A stretch of 64,000 nt of DNA from a virus. Its lineage: Duplodnaviria; Caudoviricetes. A program made the translations under genes and the position numbers. Within the stretch, counting starts at the first letter, position 1; each line of letters opens with the position of its first letter. A model generated the notes under the pieces. The model worked only from the letters and a program-made list of their open reading frames with translations, did not search any database and was not told the DNA's origin. Shown here one piece after another: positions 38,201 to 47,734 of the stretch. The stretch is taken from positions 1 to 64,000 of the IMG/VR virus record IMGVR_UViG_3300025838_000022; one strand, written 5' to 3'.

Positions 38201-38686
38201 GGTAACTCTACGTTTAGTGGTACTCTTACAGTGGCAAGTGCCATTATCAACCCTATCCTTCAGGGTGCTTATGAAGTTGTATCTTACAGTGGATCAACCG
38301 TGCTTAGCGGAACGGCTACTCCAGCTACGCTTAATGCAGCAAACAGCTCTTTCTATTTCTATAACACAGCACCATCTGGTTCATATACTGTGGCAATCAC
38401 TGGTGCTCCAACAGTATCGGGTAGAAGTGCTACATTCGCTCTGCTGGTAAACAATGGTGCAACAGCCTATTTGCCCAATCAAATTACCATCAATGGTGTA
38501 GGCGCTTCTTCTACACTTGCACTGCCAGCCCAGGGATCTACAACTAGTGGTATTACTACCTATTACCAGGGTGGTACGTTGTGGTCATCAGCAGATGCAA
38601 GTACTCTTGACTCTTACACGTTTACTGTGATCTGCACGTCATTTACCCCAACATGGACATTGTTAGCAGGATTGACAAAGTTCTAA
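35237..38686 (+). CDS. Long fibre protein with Ser-Gly heptad coiled-coil tracts
   Basis: 1149 aa; heptads such as TTLSGQY and VATSGSL; GGDLTGTYPNPTL fibre motif. Confidence 0.85.
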   Translation: MSYPTYTTPRSIAGAAAPSYLSATLASGYSAGQTITVGNTSGWYEVSSSGTATTNPLGTSGVFTLVVDYGLSTEEKILCASGAISIGVNAVIPVWTDGTYNGRGWDGTTSVAHATGSGTNPNVFLVRTAVDDLQFNTSAATLTNNLATLSGQYAVTSGIVTAQSGYISTISGKQVTDETNIASLSGSLATLSGQYVITSGIVTGHTGSIASISGSLNTLSGQFVALSGAYAVTSGNLNTTNGNLSTLSGQFVTLSGAYATTSGNLNTTNTNVANLSGQFASLSGQYLTTSGIVTGHTSSIASISGSLNTLSGQYVATSGSLTTLSGQYVVTSGSLTTLSGQFVVLSGAYAATSGSLNTVSGVAYSALQRSGGTISGALNITSPILGGVTATSGQSLVWNSTQWVPATISGGSGGSGITSLTGDVTASGTGAVAATLVGTTAVSGVVNTIINVNPTVTGTVASLATLSGQFVALSGAYAITSGSLNTVSGVAYAALPGSGGTISGNLVVASGLTVSGTISGTTAVFSGGVTAQYLSVSGIPGSTSGSRFVGAISTGISGIPYGPNSGTYTVGDFVTDQAGKIWVCYSGGTPGLWTTTLYSLPIYRTYRGGVGAANNANGVSIPTTGSGLLLAPNEQTILQIGNTQGNGVTWTLPFNPPNGSINTFINTSNGYYTYLLPSGTDTINVNNTVYSGTSSPGLYIGPGAWYQFSYDAFGQGSGKGVWFAFSSNQAQYLSGNFSNVTVTGTLNAIGPTNTLSGTNNLFGTTTISGSYAFYPALSGTPTGAAGGDLTGTYPNPTLVGTTNVSGIVNTIINVNSTVTGTAASLTTLSGQYVATSGSLATLSGQFATLSGAYATTSGNLNTTNANVASLSGQFASLSGQYLTTSGIVTTATGNIASLSGSLATLSGQYVSTSGSLTTLSGQFVTLSGQYNTTSGIVTGQTSSIALISGNLNTVSGVAYAALPGSGGTISGNLVVASGFTVSGTSTHIGNSTFSGTLTVASAIINPILQGAYEVVSYSGSTVLSGTATPATLNAANSSFYFYNTAPSGSYTVAITGAPTVSGRSATFALLVNNGATAYLPNQITINGVGASSTLALPAQGSTTSGITTYYQGGTLWSSADASTLDSYTFTVICTSFTPTWTLLAGLTKF
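35675..36325 (+). repeat. 31 tandem 7-aa (21-bp) repeats, 26 with SG at positions 4-5
   Basis: Counted from ATLSGQY to NTVSGVA. Confidence 0.85.
37712..38110 (+). repeat. 19 tandem 7-aa repeats (second coiled-coil tract)
   Basis: Counted from TTLSGQY to NTVSGVA. Confidence 0.85.
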
Positions 38687-39423
38687 TGCCATTGGTAACT
38701 ACTTTTGCAGACGATGCTATTCAAGCATTAAGTCGTTTAATCACATCAGGGGGATCATTCTCATCCACGGTTCTTATTGTTGGTGGTGGTGGTGGGTCAA
38801 TCGGTAGCACAAGGTATGGTGGTGGAGCTGGTGGTATGCAAACAATTACACCAACCATCACAATAGGAACTGCCTATACAATTACTGTAGGTTCTGCTGG
38901 AACAACTACAAATGGTGGTAACTCGGTATTCAACACTACAACATCATTGGGTGGTGGTACAACAAACAGTAGTGGTGGTTCTGGTGGTGGTAGTACAAGC
39001 GCAACCAAATATGCTGGTACAGCTGGTCAAGGTAACTCAGGCGGTGCAGGTACCACTACTGGTGTTGGTGGTGGTGGTGGCGCTGGCGGAGCTGGTATAA
39101 ATGGTTTAGCAGGTGTCGGTGGTAATGGCGGCGCAGGACTTCAGAGTTCGATTACCGGAACGGCGGTCTACTACGCCGCCGGTGGTGGTGGCTACGCCGT
39201 TGCAAACCCTGGTTCAGCTGGTACAGGTTGGTCCTCAACTGGATATGGTATGGGTGCAGATGCTGGTACACCGGCCAATGCTACAGCGGGTGTAGTAATT
39301 ATTTCTTTGCCAAATACCTACACCGGGACGCCGACCTCGTCGCTCGTCTACACCAAGACCACTTACACCGGCTACGTTGTGTTTACATTCAGAACGGCGG
39401 GTACAGGAACGGTAACTTTCTAA
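38686..39423 (+). CDS. Glycine-rich fibre-tip / receptor-binding protein
   Basis: LIVGGGGG...GGGAGG...ITVG...YYAAGGGG...GVVII pattern; start at ATG 38686 (TAATG). Confidence 0.75.
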   Translation: MPLVTTFADDAIQALSRLITSGGSFSSTVLIVGGGGGSIGSTRYGGGAGGMQTITPTITIGTAYTITVGSAGTTTNGGNSVFNTTTSLGGGTTNSSGGSGGGSTSATKYAGTAGQGNSGGAGTTTGVGGGGGAGGAGINGLAGVGGNGGAGLQSSITGTAVYYAAGGGGYAVANPGSAGTGWSSTGYGMGADAGTPANATAGVVIISLPNTYTGTPTSSLVYTKTTYTGYVVFTFRTAGTGTVTF

Positions 39424-39752
39424 TGCTAGGCAACCGAGGATATTACAGCTCAAACGCCAAGGTGTATGAAGGCTACCGTGGTATACGTAAGCTGCAATCT
39501 TATATATTAAACATCTTGTTGGTTGAATTTGGTAAAGTACAACCATTTATCAATGTTAATAATTATGCATTAGATAACGATCAAAATCTTGATAATGCTG
39601 GCAACTTCACTGCGAATAATGACCAGCCAGGTCTTAATTGGATAGAACCAATAATTCCTGCTAGCGAAGGGTACACCGCAGAAGAAGTCCTGCAACCCAA
39701 TGACTTTACAGAACCTGACTATCCATCTGGCGAAGATGTAGTACCCTCTTAA
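39423..39752 (+). CDS. Hypothetical protein
   Basis: Start at ATG 39423 (TAATG coupling). Confidence 0.6.
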   Translation: MLGNRGYYSSNAKVYEGYRGIRKLQSYILNILLVEFGKVQPFINVNNYALDNDQNLDNAGNFTANNDQPGLNWIEPIIPASEGYTAEEVLQPNDFTEPDYPSGEDVVPS

Positions 39753-39785
39753 TTTTGCTGTAGATAATAGACCAAAGGAGATAGT

Positions 39786-40337
39786 ATGAACGACACACGC
39801 AATGCACAAGTAGCTTGGGCCGAATGGGGCGTAGCTAATCACCAGCACTTTAATTACTCAGAAGGTGCTGACCGCATGAACGCCATTGGTATCTGGCCTC
39901 CCAAGTTCCCAATCAACACCGACTGCTCTGGTTCTTGCACTCTGTGGGCATTCCTTGCCAATGGTAATGACCCCAACGGCCTTGGGTTTGACCACGAAGG
40001 TTACACTGGCACATTCCTTAGCCACGAAGAGCACCTTGCTCTCTGGGTTAAGAATGCTAAGGGTGTTCTTGTAGAAGACGTTTTGCCAGGTGACTACGTA
40101 GTTTATGGACCCGGAACGGGCGAACACGTAGCGATTATCGTGAAGGTAAACGGCAATGATATCTTGACCGTTTCGCACGGCCAACAAGGCGGACCTGGCT
40201 ACTGCTGGGTTAACACGCCAACAAAGACTCCAAACCCAAACAACTTCCCAGTCGATGGTCGTACCCCACAGACGTTCCTACGCAATGTAACTGACACAAC
40301 AAAGCCTGTTCGCACACCTGCAGACCTTCCAAAGTAG
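39786..40337 (+). CDS. NlpC/P60-family peptidoglycan hydrolase (candidate endolysin)
   Basis: TDCSG, YTGT, PGDYVVYG, EHVAI, SHG; AAGGAG RBS. Confidence 0.75.
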   Translation: MNDTRNAQVAWAEWGVANHQHFNYSEGADRMNAIGIWPPKFPINTDCSGSCTLWAFLANGNDPNGLGFDHEGYTGTFLSHEEHLALWVKNAKGVLVEDVLPGDYVVYGPGTGEHVAIIVKVNGNDILTVSHGQQGGPGYCWVNTPTKTPNPNNFPVDGRTPQTFLRNVTDTTKPVRTPADLPK

Positions 40338-40342
40338 GATAA

Positions 40343-41218
40343 ATGGCACGCCAACGCGTTAATTTTTACTCAGGTGTAATCAGCTCCTTAGCGAGCTCTA
40401 CTGCTGGAGCAACCACAACAATTACTGGTAACGGTTTGGGTGTGGGGTTCCCAGTGCCTAGTGCTGGTAATTACATTCCAATTACTCTTAACCCAGGTTA
40501 TTTTGGTGCTAATAACACCAGTGGCCCTGAAATCGCCTACATTACACCAGGCGGTTCTAGCACGATTGCCAACGTTACAAGAGTAGTTGAAGGATCTGTT
40601 TTCGCTAGCGGTACCAATGTACCATGGGTGGCTGGGCCTGTTTTATCTGACTTTGATGCAAGCAACCTAAGTTCAAGTGGCGTTGTTACTTTTAACAATG
40701 GCCTTGTTGTATATGGTGGCGATTCAATTTATGGCGGTGATGTAGTTCAGCAGGGTAACTTAACTGTCAGCGGTAATGCTACTGTCAGCGGTAATATTAG
40801 CACCAGCGGAACGATCACTGCTAGTGGTGCAACGTTTACTACATCACCGAATGTTACTGGTAAGTGGATGTCAAATACCGCTATCAACCCTACCGGTGTT
40901 ACCACTGGTTATTCAAACCAGGTTGCAGTTAGCGTTAGCGGTTATACCAATTACCTGATTAACTACACCATCAGAGTGGCAAGCTCAGCTAGTAATACAC
41001 AAATTATACAAGCCGCCATCCAAAAAGCAGGTTCAACAATTAGCGTAAATGCACAGCAAACTACTTCTGCTGGAGCAACAAGCACGCTGACGATCTCACA
41101 CCTGGACACTGGAGTCAGTACTGGTGTTATAACTTATGACGGTGTAGTCCTAATTGGTGGATCAGGTTCGACTGCCACAGTTGGTGGAATCGAAATGAAT
41201 GTTATTGGTCTTAATTAA
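40343..41218 (+). CDS. Short fibre / whisker-like structural protein
   Basis: GNLTVSGNATVSGNISTSG beta-repeat, C-terminal beta domain. Confidence 0.7.
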   Translation: MARQRVNFYSGVISSLASSTAGATTTITGNGLGVGFPVPSAGNYIPITLNPGYFGANNTSGPEIAYITPGGSSTIANVTRVVEGSVFASGTNVPWVAGPVLSDFDASNLSSSGVVTFNNGLVVYGGDSIYGGDVVQQGNLTVSGNATVSGNISTSGTITASGATFTTSPNVTGKWMSNTAINPTGVTTGYSNQVAVSVSGYTNYLINYTIRVASSASNTQIIQAAIQKAGSTISVNAQQTTSAGATSTLTISHLDTGVSTGVITYDGVVLIGGSGSTATVGGIEMNVIGLN

Positions 41219-42081
41219 TGAGAGTCCGCCCTATCCCACAATATGCTGCTGAGCCGCTTGGTATAACAACGTATATCAACGGCGGTTTGGCCGATCCTGA
41301 CAACCAATACGTATGGCTTAACATCACCAATTCTGATAGCGGCACAGTTGTATTGGCATCAGGACAAGCAACCTGGGAAGGTACGGGAACGTATCAATAC
41401 ACTACGAACTCTAGCCAGACTGCAATCCAAGGTAATTACGCAGCTACATGGAACTACACGATTAGTGGTAGCCCAAGAACATACGTAGATAGCTTTGTTA
41501 TTACTGATCAGATGCCATACTGGAGCAATCTAGACACTACTACTAGAGAACTTGTAACAGGCATTGTTCACCGTCTTGACAAGAGCTTTGACAGCACCGC
41601 CGGTGGCCCATATTTGCAAGAACTCAGCCAGAGTGGGTTCTTAATGTACGAAGAAGTTGCCATGGTTATGCAAGACGAAACCATGGACTACATCAACTTT
41701 GAGTTCCAGCCAATTTTTAGTCCAGCTTATGAAGTTGGTTTGAATGCGACTGTACCATTTCCGACTACGTATTATGGCGTTCTGGCTACACAAACGTATG
41801 CCCACTTTTTAAAGCATATTGCTCGCAATTATATTGAACAACCATCACCAACTGGCATGAATGCTGCTTGGATGGATCGCAGAGACTACTACAACCGTTG
41901 GTGGCAGTTGTATCTATTTGATAAAGAAATTGCTGACAAGCAGCTTCGTCAGATGAAGCGTCAGTACATGGTTGGATCTAAGCGAAGCCTTTTGGTCGCT
42001 GGTGGTCTTATCCCACGTATGTTCACAAACCCTGCACGCCCTCACTTCCAGTACGCTGCCGTAAACATGGGTGGAGCATAG
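41218..42081 (+). CDS. Putative head-tail adaptor / neck protein
   Basis: Position before the tail genes; beta N-domain plus helical C-domain. Confidence 0.55.
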   Translation: MRVRPIPQYAAEPLGITTYINGGLADPDNQYVWLNITNSDSGTVVLASGQATWEGTGTYQYTTNSSQTAIQGNYAATWNYTISGSPRTYVDSFVITDQMPYWSNLDTTTRELVTGIVHRLDKSFDSTAGGPYLQELSQSGFLMYEEVAMVMQDETMDYINFEFQPIFSPAYEVGLNATVPFPTTYYGVLATQTYAHFLKHIARNYIEQPSPTGMNAAWMDRRDYYNRWWQLYLFDKEIADKQLRQMKRQYMVGSKRSLLVAGGLIPRMFTNPARPHFQYAAVNMGGA

Positions 42082-42082
42082 T

Positions 42083-42808
42083 GTGTCAGGTATCAACCCA
42101 CAGCCAGGCCCCGTTGTCTCAGGTAGCGGTGGCTTAAACACTCAGCTCGAGAGTCCTCTTCTTGTTGTTAAATCACGAGAGGCAATCACACAAGTAAACC
42201 AACAACGTTTTCACGATGAGACTTTGCAGTGGTTTGGTGAAGAATGCATTGTACGCTTGCTTTGGCGTGCTGAAGATGCTCAAGCGGGCCTCGTTGGGTA
42301 TTGCCAACAGTGTCAAGATAGTCCTAACCCAAGCAGTCCTGATACTTCTATCCAAAGACGTGTTAGCAATGTTTACAAGCAGACTGGTAATAGCTATTGC
42401 GGTACCTGCTACGGAACAACATTCTCTGGCGGTTTTCAACCCATTTGTTACCACATTTATATGATGGCAGCTGACACAGAAGATGATCGTAGGAACCTTA
42501 GCACTGGTCAGTTCTGGAAGCAAAACCCACGCGTCCAATTCTCATGGTTCCCACAGATTCGAGTTGGTGACCTTGTGGTGCGTGTAGAGAGCTGGAACAA
42601 TGGTTCGCCAACGTCAACCAGCGAGAGATTCCAAGTGAGTTCGGTAGCCCCACAAACCATTAGAACTGGCCCTGGTCCATCTGCTCAATACCCTTATCGT
42701 GTTGGCACGACACAACCATTCACCAATACTCAAATTATTGTTAGTCAACAAACGGTGCTCGAGAACGTTTGGCCTGGTCATCCCTACTACAACGTGCCAG
42801 TTATCTAA
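42083..42808 (+). CDS. Putative head-closure / neck protein with zinc finger
   Basis: GEE...CQQC...CGTCYGTTF...RVGDLVV; GTG start after GGAG. Confidence 0.6.
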   Translation: MSGINPQPGPVVSGSGGLNTQLESPLLVVKSREAITQVNQQRFHDETLQWFGEECIVRLLWRAEDAQAGLVGYCQQCQDSPNPSSPDTSIQRRVSNVYKQTGNSYCGTCYGTTFSGGFQPICYHIYMMAADTEDDRRNLSTGQFWKQNPRVQFSWFPQIRVGDLVVRVESWNNGSPTSTSERFQVSSVAPQTIRTGPGPSAQYPYRVGTTQPFTNTQIIVSQQTVLENVWPGHPYYNVPVI

Positions 42809-43329
42809 TGTTTGAAAGCATACCTGCACCAGAACAATTAACAGAACGAATTGCTAGACGTGCAGTGCAAATTGCACAGGTTATTGGTCCACGTAGAACT
42901 AGCGCGAGTTTGAACAGCCTTTTCCCTATTTCTGATAATGGCATAATTGGCTTAGAAGTACCACCAGAGACTGCATATATTTTTGATCTTGAAAATGGCG
43001 TTAAAGCACACGCTATGATGGATTTAGCTGGTAGAGTAATTCCTATCAGAAAAACGGATGGAACAATAGCATTTAGAACAGCTAGTGCTGACAAAATTGG
43101 TACTATACCAATTATTAATAGAAATTTTAAAGACGGTAAAATTCAAACCGTAAAGCGTGAATGGTATTACCCAGAAAAACCAGGACTTCATTTTCTACAA
43201 AAATCATTGAAAATGAGCGTTGATGAATGGAAAAGAACAGCAAACACTAACGATATTGTCAATATGCTTATACAAACAGAGTATAAAGATGATATTAGTC
43301 AAATAGTATATGGAAGACCTGCTATCTAA
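42808..43329 (+). CDS. Putative neck / tail completion protein
   Basis: Position; C-terminal WYYPEKPGLHFL motif; TAATG coupling. Confidence 0.55.
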   Translation: MFESIPAPEQLTERIARRAVQIAQVIGPRRTSASLNSLFPISDNGIIGLEVPPETAYIFDLENGVKAHAMMDLAGRVIPIRKTDGTIAFRTASADKIGTIPIINRNFKDGKIQTVKREWYYPEKPGLHFLQKSLKMSVDEWKRTANTNDIVNMLIQTEYKDDISQIVYGRPAI

Positions 43330-44006
43330 TGTTTACAACAGCCGTTAAAACAACAATTGTAGAAGCATTAAATGCTGGATTCAACGTGCTCAATTCTGGA
43401 ACGCCTAGTGATACTGGTTTGGATCTCACCCCTAACAGCATTACTATCGAGTATCCACTCGAGCCAGTGCAATGGCCAGCAATTTTTGTACAGTTTAGAC
43501 CAAGCAAGATCCAATGGTCCGGTATTAACCCAGATACATATGCGATTTCTACATCAGGCATTACCATCAGCGGAGTAACCTACTCGGGTCTTTCTGCTGA
43601 TAGAACTGGTTATTTTGAAGGTAGTATTGACTTACAAATCATGGCAATGCACTCTGAAGAGCGTGACCGGCTTTATGACAGCGTTACAAACATGATACTT
43701 ATGGACAATATTAGCGCAGCTAGCACTGCTTTTGTCCAAAGTATTTACAACAATTCCCTGGTTGGTCTGACACTGCTCTTGGATAGCTTTACCCCACTAG
43801 GAGACAGTGTAAGCCCAGGAACTCCATGGAGCCCAGAAGAACTTACTTATGAGGCAAGCGTAAGAATCCGTTGTATTGGCGACTTCTACGAGACCAAGTA
43901 TGACGTTCTTTACCCCGCAATTACCAGCGTTACCGCTTCGGGGCAGATGGTACCAACATACCTTACTCTCTCTGGTTATATTAACCAGAATCTTTACGGG
44001 TTTTAA
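43329..44006 (+). CDS. Putative tail terminator
   Basis: IEYP...WPAIFV...SEERDRLYD pattern, directly upstream of the sheath. Confidence 0.6.
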   Translation: MFTTAVKTTIVEALNAGFNVLNSGTPSDTGLDLTPNSITIEYPLEPVQWPAIFVQFRPSKIQWSGINPDTYAISTSGITISGVTYSGLSADRTGYFEGSIDLQIMAMHSEERDRLYDSVTNMILMDNISAASTAFVQSIYNNSLVGLTLLLDSFTPLGDSVSPGTPWSPEELTYEASVRIRCIGDFYETKYDVLYPAITSVTASGQMVPTYLTLSGYINQNLYGF

Positions 44007-44075
44007 TCCTAATATTTTGTAAAAGAAACATTGTAAAACAGCAATTAATTTGCACAAGGCATTGAAGGAGAATGT

Positions 44076-45653
44076 ATGCCTAGTCCCATTTCAAACTACT
44101 CGATCCCGGGTGTTTATGTTACGCAGTCTGGATCACAGCTAACATCTATTGCTCCAACTGGTCTTAACATTGCCATTGTTGCCGACGATGTCGTTCCAGG
44201 TTACAACACCGACACGTTCTATAACGTTGTTGCAATCAGTGGTATTACCATTGGTCAGCTCAGCGTGCCAATGGTTAACAACAGCTCGACTGGTACTTAC
44301 ACGTCATATTCTGGTTACACAGTTACCTGGGTCAGTGGTACCACAGTTGTTACAGGTACGTATGGTGTGAACTTTAACATTGTTCCTGGAACAACTACCA
44401 ACTCATTCAGTTACATTACAACAAGTGGTGTGACAGCATCATCTGCTCAGGCCCTTCCAAGCGGTACCGTGCAGGTTACTTACGGTCACAACTGGGGTGC
44501 TTACGGTACGTTCTACAACTACAACTCAGCTGCTAACCAAATTGGTACTTCTATCAGCGGTTCAACCATTACGCACCCTTCGCTGCTCGCTACGCAACTT
44601 GCATTCTCCAACGGTGCAGGTAGTGTAACCATTCTTCCAGTCGCAAGACTTGCAACGCTCGGTAGCGGTTCTGCAACCGTTAACGACTGGACAAACACAT
44701 TCACAACAAGCGGTACTGGTAGCAACCCAGTTTACGCATCAACGCTTCCAAACATTGACGTAATTGTTCCGCTTTATGGCCACGTGTACACCAGCGGTAA
44801 CACATATGGCCAGGTGATCCCTTACGGTACAAATACGGTTGCCGGTGCAATTGTTTCTTACCTCGCAACCCAATCTGGCGCTGGTGTGTTCCAACGCGCC
44901 TTCTTTGGTATTGATGGTACAACCAACCAAGTTAACGCTAGCCAAATGCAGGTTTTTGCTAGTGGTATTGGTTCTAGCACAGCCGGTAACAGAATTAGTG
45001 TTCTTTACCCACCACAGGTAAACTACAACCCAGGCTTGAGCACATCAACTGGTCTTACCAATAACAACTTTAACATCCCTGGTTATTACGTTGCTGCTGC
45101 TGTTGCCGGTACTTTTGTTGGTCAAACAAATGTAGCAACTCCAATTACCAATAAAATTATTAATGGGTTTAACTACACTCCAAGTCAAATCTCTTTGATT
45201 GATGCACAGACAAATTACCTGCCTTATGGTATTACAACTATTTTCCAAAAGAGAGACGGAAACTTCTGGATCCTCCAGGGTTTGACAACAAACACAACCA
45301 ACTGGTTGACGCAGGAAATTTCGATTCAAGCAATTGGTGACGCTCTTGCCAACCAGATTAGAACTGCGCTGCAGAACACAAACCTTATTGGTGGTCCGTT
45401 GACGCAGAACACAGCCGGTGCTGCATTGGGCGAAGTCCAGGCACAACTTACCTTGGCAGTGGCAAATGGTTTGATTCAGAGTTACCAGAACCTGTCTTAC
45501 ACGCTTAACCCAGCCACACCAACGACAGTTAACATCTCGTTCCAGTACGCTCCAACGTATCCATTGAACTACCTCCAGGTGGTTTTGAGCCTCAATACTC
45601 AGACTGGTACCGTACTGACCGTTAACCAACAAACCAACCAGGCAACTTACTAG
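44076..45653 (+). CDS. Tail sheath protein
   Basis: MP...PGVYV N-terminus; C-terminal GLTT...EISI...YAPTYPLNYLQV; 525 aa. Confidence 0.9.
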   Translation: MPSPISNYSIPGVYVTQSGSQLTSIAPTGLNIAIVADDVVPGYNTDTFYNVVAISGITIGQLSVPMVNNSSTGTYTSYSGYTVTWVSGTTVVTGTYGVNFNIVPGTTTNSFSYITTSGVTASSAQALPSGTVQVTYGHNWGAYGTFYNYNSAANQIGTSISGSTITHPSLLATQLAFSNGAGSVTILPVARLATLGSGSATVNDWTNTFTTSGTGSNPVYASTLPNIDVIVPLYGHVYTSGNTYGQVIPYGTNTVAGAIVSYLATQSGAGVFQRAFFGIDGTTNQVNASQMQVFASGIGSSTAGNRISVLYPPQVNYNPGLSTSTGLTNNNFNIPGYYVAAAVAGTFVGQTNVATPITNKIINGFNYTPSQISLIDAQTNYLPYGITTIFQKRDGNFWILQGLTTNTTNWLTQEISIQAIGDALANQIRTALQNTNLIGGPLTQNTAGAALGEVQAQLTLAVANGLIQSYQNLSYTLNPATPTTVNISFQYAPTYPLNYLQVVLSLNTQTGTVLTVNQQTNQATY

Positions 45654-45662
45654 GAGTAACTT

Positions 45663-46136
45663 ATGGCAAGTTCAAAGTTTCGCGTATTAGGTCACTATAC
45701 GTCATTCATGTACCGAGGCAAAGTTCTCAACTATGCTCAGGTTATCAACGAAGTTGGTCCTCAGCCTGTCGCAAACGTGCAGGTTATCCAGCCCCTCGAC
45801 TCAGCCTACCCAATTGAAATTGCTCTCCCGGGTGCTTTGCAAGCTGGTCGTCTCGAAATTACATTCTTGGAACAATGGAATGCAGAAGTCTGGTCACAGC
45901 TTGGTGGAGAATTCACCACTGCATCTGACTTGCTCGACGTTTTCAAGGCACAGCTGGCTCAGGGCGAAGTCCAGTGTGTAAAGATCATCAATAAGCCTGA
46001 TGGAACTCAACGCAGAATTGTGTACCAGGGCTGTGTCGTAACTAACGTCACCATTGATGAAACTGTCCAGATTGGCTCAATGACAATCCCTAAGACTATC
46101 CAGATTATGTATCGTTCTAGAAAAGAACTCCTGTAG
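45663..46136 (+). CDS. Tail tube protein
   Basis: 157 aa directly after the sheath; YQGCVVT...DE...TI pattern. Confidence 0.8.
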   Translation: MASSKFRVLGHYTSFMYRGKVLNYAQVINEVGPQPVANVQVIQPLDSAYPIEIALPGALQAGRLEITFLEQWNAEVWSQLGGEFTTASDLLDVFKAQLAQGEVQCVKIINKPDGTQRRIVYQGCVVTNVTIDETVQIGSMTIPKTIQIMYRSRKELL

Positions 46137-46149
46137 GAAAGGTAATAAA

Positions 46150-47163
46150 ATGTCCGTACGTTCATACGTTATTCAATTGCAAGCAGGAGTTGGCCAGGCC
46201 CTTCTTCCTGACCACCGTAAGATGCTTCCTGGCGTTCAGTACGTCGTGGATGCTGACACGTTCTCGAGAATCAGTCTCGGTGCTCGCCAGAACGTTATCA
46301 AGGTTGTTTCTGTAAACACAGACAACACGTCTACTAGTGGTACGTTCTACCCAGCACAGACTTCGACTGGTTACAACCTCCAAGCACTTGGTGGTGTTAG
46401 CTTCCAGAACATCTTGTCACAGACAAGCTCTACTCTCAGCGGTATTGCTGGTTCGTTCAGCATTGCTGGTTTTGCTGCACAAGGTGCTTCTGCCGGTGGT
46501 GGTGCTGGTGCCGGTGCTGGTATCGGTTTGCCAAACGCAGTGCTTAGCGGTTCTGCCAACAACTACACGTTGACTGGTCCTGACGGTGCTCGTTATGCAC
46601 TCGTTTACAACGAAACAGGTGCCACCATTTCCGGTGGTTGGTCGACTGTTTGGACAGACTACAACAACCGTTTCGTTGGTGTTGCTGCCTCTGGTGCTGC
46701 TCTGGTTGTTAAGCAAGATGGTTTGGGCACGTCTTACGTGATCAGCTCGAATGTTTCTTACTCCGGTTCAGCTACCAACAACAATGGTACTGTGACTTCT
46801 ATCGGTACTAAGGCCGGTGAATTCGCTGGCATTACTCTTGTCAACCTGCCAGCTAACAACTTTGGATTCATCCAGATTGATGGTATCCACCCCAACGCTG
46901 CCGTTGCTTCCGGTACTCCAGTTGGTACAGCTGTTGGTCTTGTTAGCACCAACACTAACGGTACTCTGGCTGCTCCTACCAATACTACACCATCGGTTTC
47001 CAGCACCCTGGTTGTTTCCGGTACTGCTCTGGCTAACAACATTGCCGGTACAGTCCTTACAACCCCTGCTTCCGGTACTGGTACTGGTCAGTTCTTTGCA
47101 CAGGTTGAGCTCCGTAGCCGCCGCGTCAAGAAGCCTTACGTTCGCTTCCTGAATAAGAACTAG
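46150..47163 (+). CDS. Putative virion structural protein
   Basis: 337 aa, strong-expression codon bias, SG-rich. Confidence 0.7.
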   Translation: MSVRSYVIQLQAGVGQALLPDHRKMLPGVQYVVDADTFSRISLGARQNVIKVVSVNTDNTSTSGTFYPAQTSTGYNLQALGGVSFQNILSQTSSTLSGIAGSFSIAGFAAQGASAGGGAGAGAGIGLPNAVLSGSANNYTLTGPDGARYALVYNETGATISGGWSTVWTDYNNRFVGVAASGAALVVKQDGLGTSYVISSNVSYSGSATNNNGTVTSIGTKAGEFAGITLVNLPANNFGFIQIDGIHPNAAVASGTPVGTAVGLVSTNTNGTLAAPTNTTPSVSSTLVVSGTALANNIAGTVLTTPASGTGTGQFFAQVELRSRRVKKPYVRFLNKN

Positions 47164-47221
47164 AAATTTAATAAATGTTCTGGTAGGCTGTTGACAAAAT
47201 AGCCCTAGACCTGAAGGTAAC

Positions 47222-47734
47222 ATGACAAACGTTAATAACGAGTTCGACAGCAGTAAAAATGTTGAGACTTTTCCGGACGAGTGGAAGGACGAATTCGAGG
47301 GTCTCTTGTTTGTAGGATATCTACAGCGAGAGATCACTCGAATTCCCTTCCACAAGTTCGTTGTTAGGACTCTAACAATCAATGACAAGTTAGAGATCAG
47401 CCTCTTGACTAAGCCTTACCTCGAGAGTGTTGGCTATGGTCGTGCTTATAAGGCGGCAGTGGTTGCTGCGGGTCTTGTAAGCGTTGATGGTAGAGAACTA
47501 GTACCTAGTAACAAAAACATTAACGTTATTAAGCAAAAGTATGATTATGTAGTCAACAACTGGTATGACACTACCGTTGAGTTGCTTTACAACGAGATTG
47601 AAGCACTTGAAAATAGAGTAATTATTGTACTCCAAGAGTTGGGCATTATTAGCCCAGTAGTTCCAATGAGCATCTTTGAAGATGAAGATGAGGAAATTGA
47701 TATCCCAAAAGATGGGAATCAGACCCTTACGTAG
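47222..47734 (+). CDS. Tail assembly chaperone (gpG-like)
   Basis: Upstream of tape measure; ends just after a slippery heptamer. Confidence 0.75.
   Translation: MTNVNNEFDSSKNVETFPDEWKDEFEGLLFVGYLQREITRIPFHKFVVRTLTINDKLEISLLTKPYLESVGYGRAYKAAVVAAGLVSVDGRELVPSNKNINVIKQKYDYVVNNWYDTTVELLYNEIEALENRVIIVLQELGIISPVVPMSIFEDEDEEIDIPKDGNQTLT
47704..47710 (+). promoter_or_regulatory. -1 ribosomal frameshift site C CCA AAA
   Basis: In-frame X XXY YYZ heptamer; the -1 frame is open to 48135. Confidence 0.8.
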
